A DNA stretch of 64,000 bases from an uncultured Polaribacter sp. (GTDB lineage Bacteria; Bacteroidota; Bacteroidia; Flavobacteriales; Flavobacteriaceae), in NCBI GenBank assembly GCA_943787375.1, contig CALSME010000004.1:88016-152015 (forward strand), in the 5' to 3' direction. Every line of letters begins with the position of its first letter. Within the stretch, counting starts at the first letter, position 1. The notes under the pieces are model-generated. The model searched no databases and was not told the DNA's origin. It saw only the letters and a list, made by a program, of their open reading frames with translations. Positions 28,881 through 38,060 of the stretch are shown piece by piece. The translations under genes and the position numbers were made by a program.

Positions 28881-30011
28881 TTACAAACGTTTGTCCATTT
28901 GTTTGACCATTTTATCTTTCCATTCTCTAAAGTCTCCCGCTAAAATATGTTTTCTTGCCTCTCTGGTAAGCCAAACATAAAAACCAAGATTATGAATCGA
29001 TGCAATTTGTTTTCCTAACATTTCTTTGGCTGCAAACAAATGGCGTAAATAAGCTTTTGAATACATGGTATCTACCCAAGTAATGCCCATTTCATCTATC
29101 GGAGAAAAGTCATCTGCCCACTTTTTATTTTTTATGTTAATACTTCCATGTGCAGTAAACAACATGCCGTTTCTAGCATTTCTAGTCGGCATTACACAGT
29201 CAAACATATCAACTCCAAGTCCAATGTTTTCTAAAATATTGATGGGAGTCCCTACTCCCATTAAATAACGAGGTTTGTCTTCAGGTAAAATTTCAGTAAC
29301 AATTTCTGTCATTGCATACAGCTCTTCTGCAGGTTCTCCTACGGAAAGGCCTCCAATTGCATTTCCTTGCGCTCCTACATTGGCAATGTATTCTGCAGAT
29401 TGTCTTCTTAAGTCTTTATAGGTACTTCCTTGAACAATTGGAAAAAAGGTTTGTTCATACCCGTACTTAAAGGGTAATTTCTCTAGGTGATTTACACAAC
29501 GATTCAACCATCGATGGGTCATATGCATTGAGCGTTTTGCGTAATTGTATTCACATGGATATGGAGTACATTCATCAAAAGCCATAATAATATCGGCTCC
29601 AATGGTACGCTGAATTTCCATGACATTCTCCGGTGAAAAAAAGTGCATAGAACCGTCAATATGACTTTTAAAATTAACACCTTCTTCCTTTATTTTTCTT
29701 CGCCCTGAAAGAGAATATACTTGATATCCTCCCGAATCGGTTAGAATATTACGATCCCAATTCATAAATTTATGCAGACCGCCTGCTTTTTCTAGAATAT
29801 CGGTACCTGGACGTAAATATAAGTGGTAGGTATTTCCTAAAATAATATCCGGATTTACCTCATTTTTAAGTTCTGTTTGGTGCACTCCCTTTACAGTACC
29901 AACGGTACCAACAGGCATAAAAATAGGCGTTTCTATCGTTCCGTGATCGGTGGTGATCACTCCTGCTCTTGCCTTACTTTTGGGGTCGGTTATTTTTAAA
30001 TCAAATTTCAT
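28881..30011 (-). CDS. tgt: tRNA-guanine transglycosylase
   Basis: TPIFMPVGT, LGNTYHL, TDSGGYQ, FDCVMPTRNAR. Confidence 0.97.
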   Translation of the reverse strand: MKFDLKITDPKSKARAGVITTDHGTIETPIFMPVGTVGTVKGVHQTELKNEVNPDIILGNTYHLYLRPGTDILEKAGGLHKFMNWDRNILTDSGGYQVYSLSGRRKIKEEGVNFKSHIDGSMHFFSPENVMEIQRTIGADIIMAFDECTPYPCEYNYAKRSMHMTHRWLNRCVNHLEKLPFKYGYEQTFFPIVQGSTYKDLRRQSAEYIANVGAQGNAIGGLSVGEPAEELYAMTEIVTEILPEDKPRYLMGVGTPINILENIGLGVDMFDCVMPTRNARNGMLFTAHGSINIKNKKWADDFSPIDEMGITWVDTMYSKAYLRHLFAAKEMLGKQIASIHNLGFYVWLTREARKHILAGDFREWKDKMVKQMDKRL

Positions 30012-30071
30012 TGCGGCAAAGATACTATTATTTAAGAAGTGAAAAATTAAAAGATTCTTAAAGGTTTTCCT

Positions 30072-30965
30072 TTAGAACCTGCGTTTCTTTTTTGATGAAA
30101 AACTTGTATTCGTTTTTTTAGATTTTGGTGAAGATTTTCGAAAACTTGCGCTTTTCTTATTAAAATTGTCTTTGGCGGGTACAGTTCTTTTCTTGGAGGT
30201 AGTTTTTTTTACTTGCAGTTTTTTCGGAGATGCTTCTGCGGTTTTTGAAGAAGCGGAAATCATTTTATTGATTTCATTCATTTCTTCGTCTGTAAGTTCT
30301 CTCCAATCTCCCGTTTGTAAATAGCCCAACGCTACATTCATAATTCGAGTACGCTTTAACTTTGTTACTTCGTATTCTAAATATTCGCACATGCGTCGTA
30401 TTTGACGATTGAGGCCTTGCGTTAAAATAATTTTAAACACTTTATCGCTTACTTTTTCTACGAAACACTTTTTGGTAACTGCACCTAAAATAGGAATTCC
30501 GTTCCCCATTTTTTGAACAAAATCTTCAGTGACCGTTTTATTCACAGACACATAATACTCTTTCTCGTGGTTGTTTCCTGCCCGTAAAATTTTATTGACA
30601 ATATCTCCATCATTGGTTAAGAAAATTAACCCTTCCGAGGGTTTGTCTAAACGTCCAATCGGAAATAATCGATCTGGGTAATTGATGTGTTGTATGATGT
30701 TGTTTGGTTCTCGTTCATCCGTCGTAGAGACAATTCCAACAGGTTTGTTGAGTGCAATGTATAAGGTCGTATTTTGAGGAACAACAAGCCGACCGTCTAA
30801 TTTGACTACATCTCTTTTTGCAACTCTATTCCCTAGTTGGGTTGGTTTCCCATTAATAGTAACCCTGCCTTCACTGATAAATTTCTCGGCCTCTCTTCTA
30901 GAACAAATTCCTGAGGAGCTGATGTATTTATTTAAGTTTGTAGTTGCTTGTATCTTAGAATCCAA
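30072..30965 (-). CDS. rluF: 23S rRNA pseudouridine synthase (RluF-like)
   Basis: S4 domain (CSRREAEK), GRLD catalytic motif, QGLNRQIRRMC, basic tail. Confidence 0.85.
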   Translation of the reverse strand: MDSKIQATTNLNKYISSSGICSRREAEKFISEGRVTINGKPTQLGNRVAKRDVVKLDGRLVVPQNTTLYIALNKPVGIVSTTDEREPNNIIQHINYPDRLFPIGRLDKPSEGLIFLTNDGDIVNKILRAGNNHEKEYYVSVNKTVTEDFVQKMGNGIPILGAVTKKCFVEKVSDKVFKIILTQGLNRQIRRMCEYLEYEVTKLKRTRIMNVALGYLQTGDWRELTDEEMNEINKMISASSKTAEASPKKLQVKKTTSKKRTVPAKDNFNKKSASFRKSSPKSKKTNTSFSSKKKRRF

Positions 30966-30998
30966 TTGAGAAATGTTTCTGCAAAAGTAATTGAATCT

Positions 30999-31601
30999 TT
31001 ACAATTCAATGGTTCTAAATGTTAAATTTATTCTGGGTGAATTCACTTTTTTTGTGGGCGGCAATCGGTGCAACCAATGCGTTTGTGTGGTATCTTTCAT
31101 CACCAAAAGACTTCCACTTTCAAGAAGCACATCTACTTTTTGCTTTGTTTCTTTATGTTTGAAAGAAAATTTTCGAGCTGCACCTAAAGTTACAGACGCA
31201 ATTTCGCCATTCTTTTTAAGCATTTTCTCATCATCTGAATGCCAAGCCATTCCTTCTTCTCCGGTATGGTATAAATTCAACAAACAAGAATTGTAGGTAG
31301 CGTTGCTTTCCTTTTCTATAATTTTCTTTAAATTCAGTAATTCTTCGGTGAATAACATGGCCCTTTTCGTCACTTTAGAATAGGTATATGAAAATTCCGA
31401 TTCGCCATACCAAGCCACTTTTCGCTTTGTGATAATGTGTTTTCCAAAAATAAAGGCTTCGTCGTTTTTCCAATGAATGGTGCGTATAAAAGCCTCATAA
31501 AAAAAAGCACATTGTTGGCTGTTTAATATTTTACCATGGTAATTGGTGATTCCATCAAAAGGTAAAATGTTGTTTATAAGTGAAGTATTGAATAAATCCA
31601 T
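30999..31601 (-). CDS. alkB: AlkB-family 2OG-Fe(II) dioxygenase
   Basis: NSCLLNLY, WHSDDE (HxD), WLHRLP, RINLTFR. Confidence 0.9.
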   Translation of the reverse strand: MDLFNTSLINNILPFDGITNYHGKILNSQQCAFFYEAFIRTIHWKNDEAFIFGKHIITKRKVAWYGESEFSYTYSKVTKRAMLFTEELLNLKKIIEKESNATYNSCLLNLYHTGEEGMAWHSDDEKMLKKNGEIASVTLGAARKFSFKHKETKQKVDVLLESGSLLVMKDTTQTHWLHRLPPTKKVNSPRINLTFRTIEL

Positions 31602-31628
31602 AAGATTCTCAAAAATAGTAAATATAAA

Positions 31629-31663
31629 CTACAAAAAATAGTTTTTGAATCTTATATTTGTAG
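31629..31663. promoter_or_regulatory. Candidate CTAn-N5-nTAG operator pair overlapping a TATATTTG promoter
   Basis: CTAC-AAAAA-ATAG at 31629-31641 and CTTA-TATTT-GTAG at 31651-31663; -7 element at 31653-31660. Confidence 0.5.
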
Positions 31664-31667
31664 TATT

Positions 31668-32435
31668 ATGAATCACATTTCACAAAACATTCGCCATTTA
31701 AGAAAATTAAGAAAACTTACACAAGAAGAGTTTTCAAAGGAATTAAACATGACCAAATCTCGGATTGGTTCTTATGAAGAAGGACGTTCTGAACCCTCTA
31801 TTGAGACTTTAATTGAGCTTTCTAACTTCTTTAAATTGCCCGTGGATGTATTGATTAAGAACAACTTGTCATACGCGACAGATGCTTCCTTTATAGAAAT
31901 TGGAAACCAACGCGTATTGTTTCCTATTATGGTAGAAGCAGATGATGATCATCTGATTGAAGTGGTACCTGTAAAAGCCTCCGCGGGGTATTTACTTGGT
32001 TATAACGATCCTGAATATATTGAACAATTACAGAAAATAAAATTGCCTTTTTTACCTACCGGAAAACACCGTGCCTTTCCAATAAAAGGAGATTCTATGC
32101 TCCCCATGAAAGACGGTGCTTATGTGGTTGCCAAATTTGTAGACGATTTTAACGACATTAAAAACGGAAGTTCTTATGTGGTCGTAACGGCCAATGACGG
32201 AATGACCTATAAGCGTATCTATGACAAAGTGGAAGAAAAAGGAGCGCTTCTATTGTCTCCAGACAACACTTCCTATCAATCCTATCATGTGCCAATTTCT
32301 GAAGTATTAGAGTTGTGGGAATTTACCTGTAGCATTAATACCCAAGAATATGACGAGCGCGATTTAAAGTTGAGCAGTATCATTAAGATGTTTAATGATT
32401 TGAAAGTAGAATTGGAAACCTTTGTTAGAAACTAA
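31668..32435 (+). CDS. XRE-HTH / peptidase S24 LexA-like repressor
   Basis: N-terminal Cro/CI HTH (SYEEGRSEP), Ala-Gly cleavage site (ASAGY), catalytic GDSM and YKR. Confidence 0.9.
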   Translation: MNHISQNIRHLRKLRKLTQEEFSKELNMTKSRIGSYEEGRSEPSIETLIELSNFFKLPVDVLIKNNLSYATDASFIEIGNQRVLFPIMVEADDDHLIEVVPVKASAGYLLGYNDPEYIEQLQKIKLPFLPTGKHRAFPIKGDSMLPMKDGAYVVAKFVDDFNDIKNGSSYVVVTANDGMTYKRIYDKVEEKGALLLSPDNTSYQSYHVPISEVLELWEFTCSINTQEYDERDLKLSSIIKMFNDLKVELETFVRN

Positions 32436-32438
32436 AGT

Positions 32439-32795
32439 ATGACGGTACAAGATATTGTTGGTAGGTATGCAATTCTCGGAAACAATCAAGATGCGCAAGG
32501 CTCTGAATACACCGGAATCCTTACACTCACTTTAGATGCCCATCAAAAAATTATTGCTGAGTGGAACATCAATGAAGATCAGCAACAATTTGGTACAGGT
32601 TTTTTTAAAGACAACCTACTCGTTATCAATTTTAAGTATCCAGGTGAAGACGCAAAAATCTATAAAGGAACTGTGGTTTATAAATTCTTCAACAAAGAAA
32701 CTTTTGAAGGCTTTTGGTCAGAAAAACATGCAAATCAACAATTTTTAGGCTTGGAAAGAGGTACTAAAATTGATAAAAAACTGCTTCAAAATTAA
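32439..32795 (+). CDS. Hypothetical all-beta protein
   Basis: ORF 3 nt after the repressor; alternating beta-strand pattern. Confidence 0.65.
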   Translation: MTVQDIVGRYAILGNNQDAQGSEYTGILTLTLDAHQKIIAEWNINEDQQQFGTGFFKDNLLVINFKYPGEDAKIYKGTVVYKFFNKETFEGFWSEKHANQQFLGLERGTKIDKKLLQN

Positions 32796-33126
32796 TTCGT
32801 TGGGTATCATTAATAAGAAATTCAATGCGAACTTCAATTACGTTTATACAGGTAAAATGATAATGCCTCATTTTGGAGGCGCTCCTAATCAATTGATTGA
32901 TGAAATATACACTTCAGATCCTTTTTCAGAATTAAGCACAAAAATTGGTTATACGATTGAGGTTGAAAAAATAGAATCCAACATAGAATTTTACAGTGGT
33001 ATAAAAAATATTTTTAATTCATATCAGTCAAACTTTGATATTGGAAAAAATAGAGATAGTAACTTTGTTTTTGGACCTTCGCTACCAAGAACATTCTATA
33101 TTGGTATAAAATGGATGTCAAAGTAA
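32796..33126 (+). pseudogene. 3' fragment of a TonB-dependent receptor gene (5' boundary approximate)
   Basis: About 105 codons ending GIKNIFNSYQSNFDIGKNRDSNFVFGPSLPRTFYIGIK, a typical TBDR C-terminus; no signal peptide or plug. Confidence 0.75.
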
Positions 33127-33165
33127 CACTGGTTTCAACAACGTTTGAAATGCTACTTTTGGATG

Positions 33166-33202
33166 AAAAAAAACCTTACAATCCAAAGAGTGTAAGGTTT
33201 TT
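33166..33202. terminator. Bidirectional terminator downstream of tRNA-Ser
   Basis: AAAAACCTTACA / TGTAAGGTTTTT inverted repeat. Confidence 0.75.
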
Positions 33203-33203
33203 G

Positions 33204-33285
33204 CGGAGAGAACAGGATTCGAACCTGCAACGGTTTAACCCGCGATAGTTTTCAAGACTACTTGACGACCACTGTCCATCTCTCC
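33204..33285 (-). tRNA. tRNA-Ser(UGA) with atypical short D-arm
   Basis: Acceptor GGAGAGA/TCTCTCC, G73, anticodon loop CT-TGA-AA, long variable arm, GCAGG-TTCGAAT-CCTGT; TATATTTG promoter at 33327-33320. Confidence 0.8.
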
Positions 33286-33529
33286 AGTTGTCGTATCAGA
33301 TATTCTCTGAATGCGGATGCAAATATAGAAAGTTTTTTACTTTTTGGAAATTAATTAACCATTATTTTTCATCTTTTTTGAATATCGTAAAAAGGATTTT
33401 CTATTCCCTTAAAAACCAACCCTTTTAGTTGAATTCTCAATTATGAATATTGGCAACAAAATTAAAAAAAAGAAGTACTGTCGATAAGACTTTAGTATCT
33501 TTACCACTTACCTTATAAAATAACACGTT

Positions 33530-34594
33530 ATGTCTTTCAATTCATTTGGAAATCTATTAAAATTAACCACCTACGGAGAATCTCACGGAGTTGCTATTGG
33601 AGGAGTTATTGATGGATTCCCTGCAGGTTTACAGGTAGATTTCGATGCCATACAAGAAGAATTGAACCGAAGAAAACCAGGGCAATCCAAAATAGTCACC
33701 CAAAGAAAAGAGCCAGATACTGTTCAATTTTTATCGGGAATTTTTGAAGGAAAAACCACAGGTACTTCCATCGGTTTTACCATTCAAAACACCAATCAGA
33801 AATCAAAAGATTACAATCACAATACCAATATTTACAGACCTTCTCATGCAGATTATACCTATGACAAAAAGTTTGGAGAGCGCGATTACCGAGGTGGTGG
33901 TAGAAGCTCTGCCAGAGAAACAGCAAATTGGGTGGTTGCAGGCGCACTTGCAAAACAATTAATTGCTGAGATTTCTATCAACGCATTTACCTCCTCTGTA
34001 GGAGAAATTTTCCTTGACAAGCCTTATCAAGAGTTGGATTTTTCTAAAACAGAAGACAATATCATTCGCTGTCCAGACGACGTTTCTGCACAAAAAATGA
34101 TTGACAAAGTAAAAGAAATTAGAAAAGCAGGAGACACCATTGGCGGCACCATTACCTGTGTGGCTAAAAATGTACCCGTAGGTTTGGGAGAACCGATTTT
34201 TCACAAACTGCATGCTGAATTAGGAAAAGCAATGCTATCGATCAATGCCGTGAAAGGGTTTGAATTTGGAAGTGGTTTTTGTGGGGCAAAAATGAAAGGT
34301 TCAGAGCACAATGATATTTTCAACCAAGATGGCTCTACACAATCAAATCTTTCGGGAGGAATTCAAGGAGGAATTAGCAACGGAATGGACATTTATTTTA
34401 GAGTCGCCTTCAAACCTGTTGCTACGATTATGAGTTCGCAACAAACCATTAATTCTGAAAATGAAATTGCAGAAATCACAGGAAAAGGAAGACACGATCC
34501 TTGTGTGGTTCCAAGAGCAGTGCCAATTGTAGAGGCAATGACTGCTTTGGTGCTTGCAGATTACTACTTGTTAAACAGAACGAGAACGGTCTAA
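33530..34594 (+). CDS. aroC: Chorismate synthase
   Basis: [31 protein letters not shown]. Confidence 0.97.
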   Translation: MSFNSFGNLLKLTTYGESHGVAIGGVIDGFPAGLQVDFDAIQEELNRRKPGQSKIVTQRKEPDTVQFLSGIFEGKTTGTSIGFTIQNTNQKSKDYNHNTNIYRPSHADYTYDKKFGERDYRGGGRSSARETANWVVAGALAKQLIAEISINAFTSSVGEIFLDKPYQELDFSKTEDNIIRCPDDVSAQKMIDKVKEIRKAGDTIGGTITCVAKNVPVGLGEPIFHKLHAELGKAMLSINAVKGFEFGSGFCGAKMKGSEHNDIFNQDGSTQSNLSGGIQGGISNGMDIYFRVAFKPVATIMSSQQTINSENEIAEITGKGRHDPCVVPRAVPIVEAMTALVLADYYLLNRTRTV

Positions 34595-34608
34595 AACCAT
34601 TACTTAAT

Positions 34609-34656
34609 ATACAAACAAAAAGAGCGTACATTTCTGTACGCTCTTTTTGTTTGTAT
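34609..34656. terminator. Bidirectional terminator (22-bp perfect stem)
   Basis: ATACAAACAAAAAGAGCGTACA-tttc-TGTACGCTCTTTTTGTTTGTAT between convergent aroC and trxB. Confidence 0.9.
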
Positions 34657-34669
34657 GTGGTTTCAAAAA

Positions 34670-35617
34670 CTATTCCAAAGCACCTAAATAACGTTCTGCA
34701 TCTAAGGCGGCCATACATCCAGTTCCGGCTGCAGTAACTGCTTGCCTGTATTCTTTGTCTTGAATATCTCCAGCAGCAAAAACACCTGGTCTGTTTGTTT
34801 TGGTTGATTTTCCCTCAGTAATTAAGTATCCAGTATCATCCATATCTAAAACACCTTTAAACAAATTGGAGTTTGGCGTATGTCCAATAGCAATAAAAAC
34901 GCCCGTTACCGGAATGTCATGCTTCTCCTTTGTTTGGTTGTTAACGGCTCTTACCCCTTCTACCACACTTTCACCTAAAACCTCATCGATTTCTGTGTTG
35001 TACAAAACTTCAATGTTTTCTGTTTTATGAACTCGGTGTTGCATTGCTTTTGAAGCTCTCATAAAATCTTTACGGACCAATATGGTTACTTTATTACATA
35101 TGTTTGATAAGTAGGTTGCTTCTTCCGCAGCAGTATCTCCTGCTCCGACAACCACAACATCTTGTCCTTTGTAGAAAAATCCATCGCAAGTAGCACAGGC
35201 AGAAACACCTCCACCAATTAAACGTTGTTCACTCTCAATTCCTAAATATTTAGCGGTAGCTCCTGTAGAAATAATGATTGTTTCCGCTTCAATATGTTTC
35301 GACTCGTCCACAATTACTTGATGGATTCCACCAACTTCCTCACTTAAAGTAACTTCGGTTACCATACCAAAACGTACTTCGGTTCCAAAACGCTCTGCTT
35401 GATTTTTTAAATCTTCCATCATGGCAGTTCCATCGGTTCCATTTGCATATCCTGGAAAATTATCAACTTCTGTAGTGGTTGTCAATTGACCTCCCATTTG
35501 CAATCCAGTATACATTACTGGTTTCATATCTGCTCTAGCAGCATAAATTGCAGCAGTATAACCTGCAGGTCCAGAACCAATAATTAAACATTTTATTTTC
35601 TCTATATTTTCTGACAT
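34670..35617 (-). CDS. trxB: Thioredoxin-disulfide reductase
   Basis: GSGPAGYTAA, CATCDG, GAGDTA, FAAGD. Confidence 0.97.
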   Translation of the reverse strand: MSENIEKIKCLIIGSGPAGYTAAIYAARADMKPVMYTGLQMGGQLTTTTEVDNFPGYANGTDGTAMMEDLKNQAERFGTEVRFGMVTEVTLSEEVGGIHQVIVDESKHIEAETIIISTGATAKYLGIESEQRLIGGGVSACATCDGFFYKGQDVVVVGAGDTAAEEATYLSNICNKVTILVRKDFMRASKAMQHRVHKTENIEVLYNTEIDEVLGESVVEGVRAVNNQTKEKHDIPVTGVFIAIGHTPNSNLFKGVLDMDDTGYLITEGKSTKTNRPGVFAAGDIQDKEYRQAVTAAGTGCMAALDAERYLGALE

Positions 35618-35802
35618 TGTTTTCTTCTTTTTAGAAGCGTAAATGTATCAATTTTTACAACTTGTTAAAACCAATGTTTATAAGTTTTAATAATGTATAC
35701 ATAAATCTTTACAATCAAATTGATGAAATAAAAAACGCTAAGAAAGGGTGTTTATTAAGAAAAGAGTGTATATTTGCCGTCCTTAAATGAGCAATCATTT
35801 AT

Positions 35803-35877
35803 CGGGGTGTAGCGTAGCCCGGTCATCGCGCCTCGTTTGGGACGAGGAGGTCGCAGGTTCGAATCCTGCCACCCCGA
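35803..35877 (+). tRNA. tRNA-Pro(UGG)
   Basis: CGGGGTG/CACCCCG acceptor, CCTCG-TT-TGG-GA-CGAGG anticodon arm, GGTTCGAATCC; TATATTTG promoter at 35769-35776. Confidence 0.96.
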
Positions 35878-35880
35878 CTT

Positions 35881-35918
35881 AAACCAGTAACTTTTTGTTG
35901 CTGGTTTTCTTTGTTTTA
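35881..35918 (+). terminator. Terminator after tRNA-Pro
   Basis: AAACCAGTAAC-ttttt-GTTGCTGGTTT plus T-rich tail. Confidence 0.7.
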
Positions 35919-36020
35919 TAAATAAACATAACCGAACAATATGGTGTCACGCTGAATGCGTGAAAATCGTAAACACTACTCCAGTCAACTTTAAAAAATC
36001 ATTCTAAAATTAACAAAACA

Positions 36021-36066
36021 TTTTGTTTAGACTTAACTACAAATTGTTAAACATTATGTATCTTTG
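36021..36066 (+). promoter_or_regulatory. Conserved promoter/operator element, copy 1
   Basis: 35 of 46 positions identical (ungapped, counted by hand) to 44596-44641; ends in TATCTTTG. Confidence 0.7.
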
Positions 36067-36087
36067 TAGGGATAAATATCAATCATT

Positions 36088-36744
36088 ATGGCAAGAAAAA
36101 AAACCGTTAAAAAGCACGATTTAATCTCAATGTTTATGGAATTCGTTTTAGAAAACGACCATCCACCAAAATCTGTATTTATTTTCGCAAAAGAGAATAA
36201 TTTTGAAGAGGCTAGTTTTTACGAATTTTTCGGTTCGTTTGAAGCACTTGAAGGAGCTGTATTTGAAGCTTTTTTTGAAAACACATTGCAATTACTTTCT
36301 AAAAGTGAAGCGTATCAAGATTACGATGCCAGAAACAAATTACTGAGTTTCTATTTTACATTTTTCGAACTGCTAACTGCAAACAGAAGCTATGTTGTTT
36401 ACGCTTTCAACAAAGGGAAAAACAACCTAAAAAGTTTACAAAGCTTAAAAGGTTTTCACAAACACTTCAAACAGTTTATAGATGATCTAGACATAGAAAC
36501 ACTAGACATTCAACAAGATCAGATAGAAAAATTTCAGCACAAAGCCCTCCAAGAATCTGCATGGATTCAGCTTTTAGTGACCATGAAGTTTTGGTTAGAA
36601 GACACTTCTTCTTCATTTGAAAAAACAGATATTTTTATTGAAAAATCGGTCAACACAAGTTTCGATTTATTAAACATCAAACCCTTGAAAAGCATTATTG
36701 ACTTTGGAAAATTCCTATTCAAAGAAAAAATGGTGCAAAAATAA
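36088..36744 (+). CDS. TetR-fold protein (possibly COQ9-like)
   Basis: Degenerate TetR HTH (FEEASFYEFFGSF); C-terminal FWLEDTSSSFEKTDIFIEK. Confidence 0.75.
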   Translation: MARKKTVKKHDLISMFMEFVLENDHPPKSVFIFAKENNFEEASFYEFFGSFEALEGAVFEAFFENTLQLLSKSEAYQDYDARNKLLSFYFTFFELLTANRSYVVYAFNKGKNNLKSLQSLKGFHKHFKQFIDDLDIETLDIQQDQIEKFQHKALQESAWIQLLVTMKFWLEDTSSSFEKTDIFIEKSVNTSFDLLNIKPLKSIIDFGKFLFKEKMVQK

Positions 36745-36749
36745 AAACG

Positions 36750-38060
36750 ATGAAAACATTAGACTCAATACCAACATCAAAAATTCAACGTGCCACAAAA
36801 CTAGTAACAACGGGTGCAAAGGTTGGTGTGAACTATTTAAAATATTATGGTGACAAAATTGTTAATAACGAAATAGATGCCAAAGCAAGGCTCAATGAAA
36901 ACAATGCTGAAGACATCTACGACGGTTTAAAACAATTAAAGGGAAGTGCCTTAAAGGTTGCCCAGATGCTAAGTATGGAAAAGAGTATTCTTCCTGCAGC
37001 TTATGTAGAAAAATTTTCTTTGGCTCAATTTTCTGTACCTCCACTTTCGCCTCCATTGGTAAATAAAACGTTTAAAAAATACTTTGGTAAAAACCCAAAT
37101 GAAATCTTTGACAAATTCAATTCTACTTCTGTAAATGCAGCCAGTATTGGTCAGGTTCACAAAGCAGAAAAAGACGGTAAAACACTTGCGGTTAAAATTC
37201 AATATCCAGGTGTTGCAGAAAGTGTTGCATCTGATTTGGCATTGGTAAAACCGATTGCCATAAAGATGTTTAACATTCGAGGTAAAGACTCAGACAAATA
37301 TTTTAAAGAGGTTGAGGACAAACTAACGGAAGAAACCAACTACATCTTAGAAATAGAGCAAAGTAAAGAAATTGTTGAAAAATGCAAGCACATTCCAAAT
37401 TTAAAATTTCCTGAATATTATTCAAAATACTCTTCCAACAGAATCATAACAATGGATTGGATGAAAGGAGAACACCTTTCAGAATTTACAGCCCATAACA
37501 AAGATCCTGAAGTTTCAAATAAATTAGGCCAAGCTTTGTGGGATTTTTACATGCATCAAATTCACAATCTGCGAAAAGTACACGCAGATCCACATCCAGG
37601 GAATTTTTTAGTTTCTAAAGATGCCGATTTGATTGCCCTCGATTTTGGTTGCATGAAAACAATTCCTGAAGAATTTTACATTCCTTATTTCGAATTGGCA
37701 AAACCGGAAAGCATTGAAGATCCTGCTATTTTTGAAAAAAAATTATACGAACTAGAAATTCTTAGAGAAGACGATTCGAAAGAAGAGTTGGTGTTTTTTA
37801 GAGCAATGTTTCACGAAATGTTGAGCTTATTTACCCAACCTTTTCATGGAGAAGAATTTGATTTTTCGGATGCAGAATTCTTTGGACGAATTTCTGACTT
37901 AGGGGCAAAATATGCCAAAAGTTCTGAATTGAAAAACATGAATGGAAACAGAGGATCCAAACATTTTATTTATATTAATAGAACCTTTTTTGGCTTGTAT
38001 AACTTGATGCACGACTTGAAAGCAACGAATGTAAAAATTAACAATTTTAATAACTATTAA
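36750..38060 (+). CDS. ABC1/AarF/UbiB (COQ8-like) atypical kinase
   Basis: LKVAQ (KxGQ variant), AASIGQVHKA, AVKIQYPG, HADPHPGN, LDFG. Confidence 0.92.
   Translation: MKTLDSIPTSKIQRATKLVTTGAKVGVNYLKYYGDKIVNNEIDAKARLNENNAEDIYDGLKQLKGSALKVAQMLSMEKSILPAAYVEKFSLAQFSVPPLSPPLVNKTFKKYFGKNPNEIFDKFNSTSVNAASIGQVHKAEKDGKTLAVKIQYPGVAESVASDLALVKPIAIKMFNIRGKDSDKYFKEVEDKLTEETNYILEIEQSKEIVEKCKHIPNLKFPEYYSKYSSNRIITMDWMKGEHLSEFTAHNKDPEVSNKLGQALWDFYMHQIHNLRKVHADPHPGNFLVSKDADLIALDFGCMKTIPEEFYIPYFELAKPESIEDPAIFEKKLYELEILREDDSKEELVFFRAMFHEMLSLFTQPFHGEEFDFSDAEFFGRISDLGAKYAKSSELKNMNGNRGSKHFIYINRTFFGLYNLMHDLKATNVKINNFNNY

Noticed and set aside
33204-33285. Possible selenocysteine or UGA-suppressor tRNA
   Set aside because: The anticodon itself is UGA (reads Ser UCA); tRNA-Sec needs anticodon UCA, a longer acceptor stem and a long D-stem
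35945-35963. TCACGC-tgaat-GCGTGA hairpin as a REP element or sRNA
   Set aside because: Single short copy with no second instance seen in the window
36024-36041. TGT-N12-ACA as a PpsR/CrtJ site
   Set aside because: The pattern is present, but PpsR is a proteobacterial photosynthesis regulator with no support here; kept only as part of the shared motif
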